NCBI GenBank assembly: GCA_002381645.1
Contig: DFXE01000020.1
Span: 176,795-240,794, forward strand
Direction: 5' to 3'
Source of the DNA: Bacteroidales bacterium UBA4116
GTDB taxonomy: Bacteria; Bacteroidota; Bacteroidia; Bacteroidales; Tannerellaceae
DNA length: 64,000 nt
Below are positions 55,800 through 64,000 of this stretch, piece after piece; the first letter of the stretch is position 1; the number at the start of each line of letters is the position of its first letter. The position numbers were made by a program, and so were the translations under genes. The notes under the pieces were generated by a model. The model saw nothing but the letters and a program-made list of their open reading frames with translations, did no database searches and had not been told where the DNA came from.

Positions 55800-56516
55800 C
55801 CGTGGCGGGTCCGGATGATCAATATATTTTTTTGCTTCTTCCACCATATACATTTTCTTACATTGAGGGCAATACATATAATATTCGAAAAAATAGCTTT
55901 GATTGGGTTTGGGAATTTTATCTTTTGTAAATCTTTTTACAACGGGAGTATTACAATGCCTGCATAAATCTCCTTCGTTTTTTATTTTTCCCGAAGCCTT
56001 CGTATTAGTAGTTTTGACAACAGTTTGCAGATCAAATCCGGTATCTTCCATAAGGTTATCAGATTGTATGGCCTGAGTTGCCAGATAGTCGCAACGCTCA
56101 TTTTCGGGATGTCCGTTATGTCCTTTGACCCAATTAAATTTAACCTCGTGCTGGGATATTAAATTCAATAACCTCTCCCATAAATCCGCATTTATTGCTT
56201 TTTCGCTTTTAGTTCTGTACCAATTATTTATTTTCCATTTTTGAGCCCATCCGTTTTCAATCCCATCTACAACGTATCTCGAGTCTGTATATACGTTAAC
56301 CCGTGACCTGGTTTTCAATTTCTCAAGTCCGGTTATTACTCCGAGCAATTCCATACGGTTATTGGTTGTCACCTTATATCCCTGCGAGAACTCTTTCCGG
56401 TATCCTTTACCTTGCCATGACAGAATAACGCCATAACCTCCTTTTCCCGGATTTGGCTCTGCTCCTCCGTCTGAAAATAAATCAATATCAGGTATTTCCT
56501 TACTATAGTTATCCAT
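55791..56516 (-). CDS. rnhA: Ribonuclease HI with C-terminal Cys4 extension
   Basis: SDGGAEPNPGKGG, TTNNRMEL, TDSRY, WVKGHNGHPENERCD; CRHC...CPQC tail. Confidence 0.93.
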   Translation of the reverse strand: MDNYSKEIPDIDLFSDGGAEPNPGKGGYGVILSWQGKGYRKEFSQGYKVTTNNRMELLGVITGLEKLKTRSRVNVYTDSRYVVDGIENGWAQKWKINNWYRTKSEKAINADLWERLLNLISQHEVKFNWVKGHNGHPENERCDYLATQAIQSDNLMEDTGFDLQTVVKTTNTKASGKIKNEGDLCRHCNTPVVKRFTKDKIPKPNQSYFFEYYMYCPQCKKMYMVEEAKKYIDHPDPPRLF

Positions 56517-56601
56517 ATATACAGAATTATTTACAAAAGTATAATAACTTATAATACTTCGAAAGCAAATATATTATCTTTATCAACTGAATATATCTGT
56601 T

Positions 56602-57135
56602 ATGAATTTCAAAAACAAACTTACCAACAGGATAGGCATGGATGATATCCGTGAAATACTTCATCTGACACATCAGAACGATAAAAGAAAAGAAGAATTA
56701 TACACACTACTTTTTGATGAGGATGATACCATCGGCTATCAGGCGGCTTGGGTTTTTTCACATTTCTCCCGGCAGGATAATGAATGGTTATACACTAAAC
56801 AGGATGAATTGATTGATGAAGTGTTAGTATGTAAACACGGGGGGAAAAGAAGAGTATTACTCAACCTAATTTACAAGCAACCACTAACTTATCCACCAAG
56901 AGTGGATTTTCTTGATTTCTGTTTGGAACGGGTAAACTTGTCGCAGGAATTACCCGGAGTACAGTCTCTATGTATTAAAATTGCATATGAACTTTGCCGG
57001 CATATTCCTGAACTTAATCAGGAATTAAAAATTATACTGGAGATGATAGAGGGAGATTTACCTCCTGCTATTTCTACGGTTAAAATAAATGTCTTGAAAG
57101 CGATGAAAACCGGAAAAAGTTTGCAAAAATTTTAA
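56602..57135 (+). CDS. Hypothetical all-alpha (HEAT/ARM-like) protein
   Basis: Clean 177-aa ORF with amphipathic helices (YQAAWVF, DFLDFCL). Confidence 0.65.
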   Translation: MNFKNKLTNRIGMDDIREILHLTHQNDKRKEELYTLLFDEDDTIGYQAAWVFSHFSRQDNEWLYTKQDELIDEVLVCKHGGKRRVLLNLIYKQPLTYPPRVDFLDFCLERVNLSQELPGVQSLCIKIAYELCRHIPELNQELKIILEMIEGDLPPAISTVKINVLKAMKTGKSLQKF

Positions 57136-57253
57136 TCCCCCTTCTTTTTTGTATCAGCTAATTGGCTTTATCATATAATTAATACAGGATCCTTTCCTAA
57201 GTAAAAATAATTACATTTTTAAAAATAGATCTTTTATATTTTTTACTTCATAC

Positions 57254-57280
57254 TAAGAGTGGAATTTTTTTCCACTCTTA
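57254..57280. terminator. Hairpin between convergent genes
   Basis: TAAGAGTGGA...TCCACTCTTA. Confidence 0.55.
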
Positions 57281-57305
57281 AATGCTTTCTATAAAATTAG
57301 TATTC

Positions 57306-57794
57306 TTACCACATTAATACAATGTGGAACGTTTCTTTATCCGGTGAGATCTGGGTATTAAAATCCGAATAAGTTATGTAAAACCTGATAGCTTGCGGTG
57401 AAAAGTCGAAGTCATAGGTTTGTGTCCATAATAATTCTTTTGTACCATATTCTTCACCCAGGTGCAAAACATAAGGCAACCCGTTTTTTACATTTTTCTC
57501 CGTTTCAATATAACCGATAACTGTTCCTTCTTTAAAAATATAATCTGTAAGTTGTGGAATGTATACATCTGCATAAAAATAGGTATTTAAGTCTCCCGGA
57601 TAACCCGAAAGGTTCCATTCGTTAGCAGGTATCGTAAATGAAGTAGTGTACCATTTTGATCCGTATCCGGGTTCGCCTTCCGGTCCGGCGGGTCCTTGCT
57701 CTCCGCGTGGTCCCATTGGTCCTTCCGGACCCATCGGACCTTCACAAGCTATACAGGTAATAACAGCCAATAAAATTAAAGTAATCTTTTTCAT
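57306..57794 (-). CDS. Collagen-like lipoprotein
   Basis: MKKITLILLAVITCIA-C followed by GPM GPE GPM GPR GEQ GPA GPE GEP GYG; start reassigned to 57794. Confidence 0.8.
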   Translation of the reverse strand: MKKITLILLAVITCIACEGPMGPEGPMGPRGEQGPAGPEGEPGYGSKWYTTSFTIPANEWNLSGYPGDLNTYFYADVYIPQLTDYIFKEGTVIGYIETEKNVKNGLPYVLHLGEEYGTKELLWTQTYDFDFSPQAIRFYITYSDFNTQISPDKETFHIVLMW

Positions 57795-57839
57795 GATTGT
57801 AAAATTTAAAAGTTCAACATCTGTATGTACTTTCAACAA

Positions 57840-59141
57840 TTATCGTCTTCCGCTCCCCCGTGAGCTTGTACTGCTACCGGAAGAACTTCTCGATGATTCA
57901 ACCCGTTGTCTCTCCTGGGTTTCGCGCTGACGTCTGGATTCCGCTTCACGGTTTTCACGTTCCTGTCTTTCCTGAGCCTCTTTGCGTTCACGATCTTGTC
58001 TCTCCTGGGCTTTGCGCTGACGTCTGGATTCCGCTTCACGGTTTTCACGCTCCTGTCTTTCCCGAGCTTCTTTACGTTCACGATCCTGTCTCTCCTGGGC
58101 TTCGCGCTGGCGTCTGGATTCAGCTTCACGGTTTTCACGTTCCTCGCTTTCACGAGCCTCTTGACGTTCACGATTCTGTCTTTCCTGAATAAAAGTTTGA
58201 CGGTAAGACTCTACATCGTTCTTCTCTCTTTCCATTACAGGCTGTGATACCTGAACTTCTGATCTTTGACTTGCTTCAAATCTTTTTTTCCGTTCTTCTA
58301 TTTCCAGCGCTTCTTTACGTATAAATTCCTCTTTTTGCCTGGCCTCACGTTGACGTCGTGCTTCCTTTTCGTGTCGTTGATTCGTTGTTTCAGGCAATCG
58401 CGATGATTCAACCTGAGCCGAAGGTCGTTGGGAAGTCCTTACAATTTCTGAATCAACAGGCTTCGTAACTCTGGAGACACTGGGTCTCTGGGAAACCCTT
58501 ACTTTTTCAGCCACCGGAGGTTTAATAATGGGTGGAGCGGGTTTATTTCCTCCCGGTTTTCCGGGTTTATAAGGTGGAGGTTTGATATGGCTCCACTCAC
58601 CCGACGAATTATAACTCGGGTAATAATTTTCGTTTATATAATAATCGTAATAGGGATAAGTCGAATAGTCATAAAAATAAAAACCTGTATAACTATCTTT
58701 ATAAAAGGGTATATGGTAATCCGCATAAAAGCCATCGTAAACCGGGTTTACATCATAACCCATGTAATAATTATCATCTTGTATATACTCATCGTATCTG
58801 AGTGGAGGAACCACTTTCCGTTCTGGTGGCGAGTAAACCGTAGATGGATTCTTATCTACATCGGTATTTAACTTGTTCTGTGAGTTTTTATATATGGGAG
58901 TTTCCTGTTTTTCGGGGGTATCTTTCTTTTTATAACCATTAGTATTTTTTATTTTACTCGTTTCAATGTGACCCGTTATGTTATGATCAGGGTTGTCTGA
59001 TGTATCCGTGTTAATCACTATAGGTGTTTCACGTACAAGAGAAGGTGATTCAGGGTTTGTAGGACCACGTGTATTCTTTTTGCAACTTGTTGGTGAAAGA
59101 AACAGGCATACGATTGATATAAAATAAATTATCCGTTTCAT
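57840..59141 (-). CDS. Low-complexity lipoprotein (Tyr-rich, Pro-rich and Glu/Arg/Gln-rich segments)
   Basis: MKRIIYFISIVCLFLSPTS-C signal; 433-aa ORF. Confidence 0.7.
   Translation of the reverse strand: MKRIIYFISIVCLFLSPTSCKKNTRGPTNPESPSLVRETPIVINTDTSDNPDHNITGHIETSKIKNTNGYKKKDTPEKQETPIYKNSQNKLNTDVDKNPSTVYSPPERKVVPPLRYDEYIQDDNYYMGYDVNPVYDGFYADYHIPFYKDSYTGFYFYDYSTYPYYDYYINENYYPSYNSSGEWSHIKPPPYKPGKPGGNKPAPPIIKPPVAEKVRVSQRPSVSRVTKPVDSEIVRTSQRPSAQVESSRLPETTNQRHEKEARRQREARQKEEFIRKEALEIEERKKRFEASQRSEVQVSQPVMEREKNDVESYRQTFIQERQNRERQEARESEERENREAESRRQREAQERQDRERKEARERQERENREAESRRQRKAQERQDRERKEAQERQERENREAESRRQRETQERQRVESSRSSSGSSTSSRGSGRR
57905..58180 (-). repeat. 3 x 90-bp coding tandem repeat (30-aa RQDRERKEARERQERENREAESRRQREAQE)
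   Basis: TCTCCTGGG anchors at 57911, 58001, 58091. Confidence 0.9.
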
Positions 59142-59441
59142 CTTAGTACTTTTTAATTAGTTAATACCATACTTTCTGATTCACATTCCGCTGAATGTGC
59201 CGGTTGAGGGTTTTTATATCGATCGATATGAAATGTACAAAAACGCGTTAGAAAACCAATCACTATATATGTCTTCTTATTTATTCAGACTACTAAATAC
59301 AATAGTGGTTTAACAATGAAATCCATTTTTTATTGCTTTTTTTCGTAATAGATTATAACTGTTTCATTTATATTTAGTTAAGAATTATTTATTTAACTTA
59401 TTACATGAATAATAATATTAATCGTAAATCGTTATTCTGGC

Positions 59442-60203
59442 ATGATACATGAATATTCTTTTGATGAACAGAAAGATTTGCTGAATTTGATGTCCGAACG
59501 TTTCAATACACCTGATTTTATTGAAACAGACCCTATTCAATTTCCGCATAAATTTAAATTGAAACAGGATGTAGAAATATCCGCTCTACTTACAGCCACC
59601 ATTACCTGGGGAAAGCGAAGCAATATTTTGAAATCAGCTGCCAAAATGCATGAAATTATGGGACTTTCACCTTATGATTATATAATGGAAGAAGGTTATG
59701 AAAAATTGGGGCAATCTAATATCCACCGAACTTTTTTTGAAAATGATATGGCTTATTTATGCAGAGGGTTACATTTGATATATCGATACTATGATAGTTG
59801 TGAGCAGTTATTTACTCAAAAATCGGACGTATGGCAAAGTATCGGATTATTTCGTGAATATATACAGAAAGCAAATGACGGGAACTCCGGAAGGGGACTT
59901 AAACATATTTCAAACCCGTCTGTTTCTGCCTGTAAACGGCTGCACCTCGCATTACGCTGGTTGGTAAGAAATGATTCAATAGTGGACTTGGGATTATGGA
60001 AAGAAATATCTCCGGCAAAACTTTTTATTCCATTGGATGTGCATGTGATCACTACATCACATAAATTAGGTCTTTTAACGCGCAAACAGAACGACCGGAA
60101 AGCCGTAGAAGAACTTACAGAAAAGCTCTGTTTATTTAATCCGGATGATCCTGTTGTGTATGATTTCGCCTTATTCGGCCTTGGCGAAAGTAAAATACTT
60201 TAA
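59442..60203 (+). CDS. TIGR02757 / DUF2400 family protein
   Basis: FIETDPIQFPH, SACKRLHLALRWLVR, IPLDVHV, DDPVVYDFALFG. Confidence 0.88.
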   Translation: MIHEYSFDEQKDLLNLMSERFNTPDFIETDPIQFPHKFKLKQDVEISALLTATITWGKRSNILKSAAKMHEIMGLSPYDYIMEEGYEKLGQSNIHRTFFENDMAYLCRGLHLIYRYYDSCEQLFTQKSDVWQSIGLFREYIQKANDGNSGRGLKHISNPSVSACKRLHLALRWLVRNDSIVDLGLWKEISPAKLFIPLDVHVITTSHKLGLLTRKQNDRKAVEELTEKLCLFNPDDPVVYDFALFGLGESKIL

Positions 60204-60311
60204 ATGGTAGTTCTTCTGCTATGAAAAAGTCATACCGATGCCACTTCTGCCAAAATGGGGGCATTTGACGCTTAACATAATGTAAACAATCAGCATGTAA
60301 AATTGTTATAT

Positions 60312-60395
60312 AAACAAAATCAGATAAAATTAATTTATAGGTTAATAGGTTAGTCTTTAAGGAAGGAGGAGGCTTGTGAAAGTATCCCCTTTTTG
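60312..60395 (+). ncRNA. Candidate small RNA with GTGA-loop terminator hairpin
   Basis: AAGG-A-GGA-G-GCTT-GTGA-AAGT-A-TCC-CCTT followed by T-run; AAC-N16-TGTT at 60285-60307. Confidence 0.35.
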
Positions 60396-60413
60396 TTTTA
60401 CAAACTTTGATGA

Positions 60414-60983
60414 TTATTTGATTACCTTCTCCGAAATAGGTTTGTCTGTTTTCAGGTCAATACCGAATAACTCAATATATTCTACACTTAAGGAATTACC
60501 AGATTTGGCTTTTACAAAAAGAGAGGTGAGTTTTGCCGGTTGACCATTTATCAGCATTATACAGGCATATTTTTCACCTAATTTTTTGATGGTTAATTTT
60601 CTGGAAGGATAAGCGCTTAATGTTACCATACACGAATCATTATTTTGGGATATCAGTTTATAACCATAGGCCAGATTTCGTTGTATAGCGCTTAAACCAT
60701 TCGTTTTTCCAGGATTTTCCTCCCTGTTGAGCCAATAAATGTTCAACGGTTTTTTAGTATTCAATATACCGTTTTCAAGATTGGCATCATAACAAACCAG
60801 ATTTTTATTTTTACTGCGGGCAATATGAAAAAGCCTTTCATCAGTTGGATAAACGTTTTCCTGTGAAAAAAGGTTTTCAGGATATGCAACAATCAGGCTA
60901 AAAAAAAGGATAAATAATATTACCCTCTTTCTGTACCCTATAAGGTTTTGAACAGATCGTATATTCATATAATTAGGAGACAA
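60414..60983 (-). CDS. DUF4833 family protein
   Basis: RLFHIARSKNKNLVCYDAN, YW, LSAIQRNLAYG, VEYIELFG; true start may be downstream. Confidence 0.8.
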   Translation of the reverse strand: MSPNYMNIRSVQNLIGYRKRVILFILFFSLIVAYPENLFSQENVYPTDERLFHIARSKNKNLVCYDANLENGILNTKKPLNIYWLNREENPGKTNGLSAIQRNLAYGYKLISQNNDSCMVTLSAYPSRKLTIKKLGEKYACIMLINGQPAKLTSLFVKAKSGNSLSVEYIELFGIDLKTDKPISEKVIK

Positions 60984-60988
60984 AATGA

Positions 60989-61528
60989 TTATTTATCTTT
61001 CGATCCTTCCCCTACAAAACCATTGGTTTTATATTTAAAAAGAATATTAAATGAAGTAAGACTGCCGTAACAACGCGTGATATATTGTTGTAATGTAATT
61101 TTTTCTTCATCGCTTAATTTGCTGGTATTTACTTTCTGCTCCAATACCCTCAACCTGTCACGTATCATAATTATTTTATTAAAGAACGTAGATATGGGCA
61201 TTTCATAGGGTTTCAATTCCGGATTTGCAGGCTTAAGAATTAATGAACCACCTGTCCATTTTTCAGCAATAGGAACAGTTTCCTGAATATCGGAAAAAGT
61301 ACGTAATATTTTAATTAAAGAATATTCAATCATTTCAAGGCTTACCAGGTCATCGGCCGGAACCAGTTGTTCTATAATTTCCAATCCCTCATAACTACGC
61401 GCAATTTCCCTGTTACCGTGTTCAATGAAAGTGATCAGATAACTATTCGACTTAACCTGTATTACAACACCGGGCCCGTATTCTTTATGTTTTACTCTTG
61501 AACCTATACCTAAAACTTCGTCTTCCAT
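60989..61528 (-). CDS. Hypothetical protein with N-terminal SH3/tudor-like domain
   Basis: LGIGSRVKHKEYGPGVV; KIIMIRDRLRVLEQ...QQYITRCYGSLTSFN; start reassigned to MEDEV. Confidence 0.75.
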   Translation of the reverse strand: MEDEVLGIGSRVKHKEYGPGVVIQVKSNSYLITFIEHGNREIARSYEGLEIIEQLVPADDLVSLEMIEYSLIKILRTFSDIQETVPIAEKWTGGSLILKPANPELKPYEMPISTFFNKIIMIRDRLRVLEQKVNTSKLSDEEKITLQQYITRCYGSLTSFNILFKYKTNGFVGEGSKDK

Positions 61529-61611
61529 GTGATCAGCTGTGTTTTTATGTTTTCCTCCAAAAGTATAAAAAACTTGTTTATACCACAAATCCCTTTAAAA
61601 ATACAAACCGT

Positions 61612-63498
61612 TTATTTAATCGATCTACCATTACCAGGTTTCTTCCCCGGATTATTTTTAAGATAATCCGGCGGAATAGTACTTTCATTCCCATCCCGTT
61701 GCGCAACATAATGAGGCGACATTAATTCAAGACCGGCTTCATTTGATTTATCCTGTATGATTTGATGCAGGTCTGAATAGATCTGAGCAAGCCTGTTTGC
61801 ATCCTTTATATACGCATTTATCTGATAAATAGGATAATAATCATGCAGCTCCGTTTCCAGAACAAAAGGTTTAGGTTTCTGCATAACTCCTGGAGTTTCT
61901 AAAGCCGCCGCAATTAATAATTCATGTACCTGTCGCCATGGCACTTCGTAACCATATGTAACGTTTGTATGTATTATAAGTCCGTATTGACGTGCCGAAG
62001 AACTATAGTTTGTTGTATGCGAAGACATCACAAAAGAATTAGGAATGGTAACTACTTCATTTTTAGGTGTACGTATACGGGTTACCAAAGGCGTTTTTTC
62101 AATAACATTTCCCATTGTATCATTCAGTTTGATTCGGTCACCCAGTCTGAAAGGGCGCATATACGTAATAACAAAACCGGCTATTATATTACCGATTACC
62201 GTACTCGATCCTAATGATACAATCAACCCCACAAATACGGATATTCCCTGGAATACCCCCGAGTCGGAACCGGGTAAATATGGATATATCATCGCAATCA
62301 TGAACGCATACATAAGGAAACGGATAATATTAAACGTAGGTTGCGCCCAGTCCGGATAAAAACCGGATATTTTTAACTTTTCAGATTCTATTTCATTTGC
62401 AATATATTGTATTCCTTTAATAATATATTTAACACAAAACCAAATGACAACAATGATAAATAGATTCGGTATATAATCGATAATAGACTTTAAAACCATT
62501 TTTATGGGCTCAATAGCGTATGTAAACAGTTTCATTGCCAGTGTTTCCGTTTGAGGGAAGATAGCGAATAACATAGGTATACTGAATGCAAGTTGGATCA
62601 GGATCACTACCCACCGTAAAACATTATTAAGGAAAATAAGTATCATCCCTTGCCGGTGTGTGTTTAAGAACTCATAATCTTTAATACTGATCGATTTTAA
62701 TTTATTCTGCTTTAACCAGATAATCTTACGCCTGAGTTTGCGGAACATATGGTTGGTTAATTTGAATAAGATATATTGAACAATAATAATCAACAAAAAG
62801 AAAAATACCCTTTTTACCATTTGCCAGAAACTATTGTCTTTTTTCAGTTGTATGATCTTTTGATCAATTACGGGAATAAATTTCTCTGCCAGTTCATACC
62901 TATCAATACCATGCCATAAAGCATCCTGATCAGTTAGGCTGAGAATAACTTTATCACCGTACATTATATCGGTAAATAACTCGCTTTGAACAATATGCAC
63001 AGAGTCGGCCTTTATGCTGCGGTCTTCACCGATTTGTGTAATAACTTCCCGTATGTTGTCCGCCCTATGTCTCGGAGTAAGTCCGCCTCGGGTAGTATAT
63101 AATTTAAATAAAGTATCGCTTCCCACCACCACTGCAACTCCGGGAGTTATAGCACGGAGAGAATCAATTTGTCTTCGCTGTTCCGCTTTTCTTATAGAAT
63201 CAGCCATTGTAGTAATTCCTTGGGCTTCATGAAGTTCATTCCGTAAAATGATTTCATTCAGCCTCATTTCCTGTATCTGGGATAACAACTCCTGCATACG
63301 GATAGAGTCTTGTATACGCTGGATCTCTATAGAATTAATTTCAGCAATTATTGTATCAGTATTTATGAATGTATCGGTATTTAATTGTCCGGTGGCTGCG
63401 TTTATTACAGCTTCAGCTCTTTCAAACAATTGGGATTTAACAGGAAAGATAGAAAAAACAAACAAATAAAGAATCAGGTAAAGTTTGTATCGTTTCAT
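61612..63498 (-). CDS. Small-conductance mechanosensitive channel (MscS family) with periplasmic N-terminal region
   Basis: GNIIAGFVITYMRPFRLGDRI, TRIRTPKNEVVTIPN, ELMSPH. Confidence 0.9.
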   Translation of the reverse strand: MKRYKLYLILYLFVFSIFPVKSQLFERAEAVINAATGQLNTDTFINTDTIIAEINSIEIQRIQDSIRMQELLSQIQEMRLNEIILRNELHEAQGITTMADSIRKAEQRRQIDSLRAITPGVAVVVGSDTLFKLYTTRGGLTPRHRADNIREVITQIGEDRSIKADSVHIVQSELFTDIMYGDKVILSLTDQDALWHGIDRYELAEKFIPVIDQKIIQLKKDNSFWQMVKRVFFFLLIIIVQYILFKLTNHMFRKLRRKIIWLKQNKLKSISIKDYEFLNTHRQGMILIFLNNVLRWVVILIQLAFSIPMLFAIFPQTETLAMKLFTYAIEPIKMVLKSIIDYIPNLFIIVVIWFCVKYIIKGIQYIANEIESEKLKISGFYPDWAQPTFNIIRFLMYAFMIAMIYPYLPGSDSGVFQGISVFVGLIVSLGSSTVIGNIIAGFVITYMRPFRLGDRIKLNDTMGNVIEKTPLVTRIRTPKNEVVTIPNSFVMSSHTTNYSSSARQYGLIIHTNVTYGYEVPWRQVHELLIAAALETPGVMQKPKPFVLETELHDYYPIYQINAYIKDANRLAQIYSDLHQIIQDKSNEAGLELMSPHYVAQRDGNESTIPPDYLKNNPGKKPGNGRSIK

Positions 63499-63660
63499 TT
63501 TGTACGGTTATTCGTTAGTAGGTTTTCATAAGTAATCCTGACAAATATAAAAACAATCATTAAATTATATAATAAAATAACAAGATTAAGTTTTTTTTCA
63601 TTTCTTTGTATTTAATCGCTTACTATTTAGATATAAAGTATTTACTTAAATCCAAAAGTT

Positions 63661-63999
63661 ATGAAAAGAGTTTTACTAATCATTTTTTTACTTTCCACTT
63701 TTTTAATTACGCAGAGTGTTTTTGCATCCCAACCCGATTCTATATATGTTTATCAGGAAGGAAGTAATGAAGTATACAGGATATCTGCATATACTTATGA
63801 TAGTGACGGACGTATTGCAACCGAAAAGGTATACGATGATACCAATGGAGATGGCCTTATGAGCTGGGAAGAAGATTATGAGTATTCGTACACCAGGGAA
63901 AATGATAATCTTATAACGGAAAAAATATCTTATAGCCTGTACAATTCTGTTCGAACCCCTGGTTTCAAACAAGTAATAATTTCAAATTCACATGGTAAT
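63661..63999 (+). CDS. Secreted protein with YD-like beta-hairpins (partial, runs off the window)
   Basis: Manual translation MKRVLLIIFLLSTFLITQSVFA-SQPDSIY...YTYDSDGRIATE... is open to the end of the window. Confidence 0.7.
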   Translation, partial: MKRVLLIIFLLSTFLITQSVFASQPDSIYVYQEGSNEVYRISAYTYDSDGRIATEKVYDDTNGDGLMSWEEDYEYSYTRENDNLITEKISYSLYNSVRTPGFKQVIISNSHGN

Positions 64000-64000
64000 A

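Noticed and set aside
57833..58247. Overlapping alternative ORFs 57833..58171, 57860..58192 and 57906..58247
   Set aside because: Stop-free shadows produced by the 90-bp repeat in the 433-aa gene
60290..60307. Sigma-54 promoter upstream of the sRNA candidate
   Set aside because: CAGCAT-N6-TTGT lacks the GG dinucleotide and has the wrong spacing for TGGCAC-N5-TTGC
63703..63972. 89-aa minus-strand ORF
   Set aside because: Shadow of the plus-strand signal-peptide gene starting at 63661

Overview
AT-rich chromosomal window from a Bacteroidales bacterium (Parabacteroides/Tannerellaceae-like gene content, TAnnTTTG -7 promoters, SusC/SusD, a T9SS cargo). Most of it is housekeeping: GT3 glycogen synthase + glgP, cdd, rplU-rpmA, prmA, gap, miaA, kdsA, a Cur/BT4338-like Crp regulator, uvrB, cutC, GH2 beta-galactosidase, pldA, a MutS-like ATPase, M48 peptidase, ohr, argR-GNAT-argG-argC-argD, rnhA and mscS. 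Accessory parts are (i) an ECF-FecR-SusC-SusD-DUF3823 locus without an enzyme, (ii) a 1.45-kaa T9SS protein with three tandem repeats and an atypical CotH-like domain behind a very AT-rich spacer, (iii) a decaying ybcL / MRJP-oxidoreductase-gdh-glcU-rnz cluster and (iv) a low-complexity/collagen lipoprotein pair. I found no rRNA, tRNA, CRISPR array, transposase or integrase. The main unexplained signals are non-coding or very small: three intergenic 4 x 22-bp palindromic arrays, two homologous PUL spacers each carrying a micro-ORF with an ATGA overlap, a 27-aa lipopeptide ORF before gap, two GTGA-tetraloop sRNA candidates with ECF-like promoters, and an inverted heptamer repeat in the arg operon. 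All product calls are from motif recognition by eye; no searches were run.
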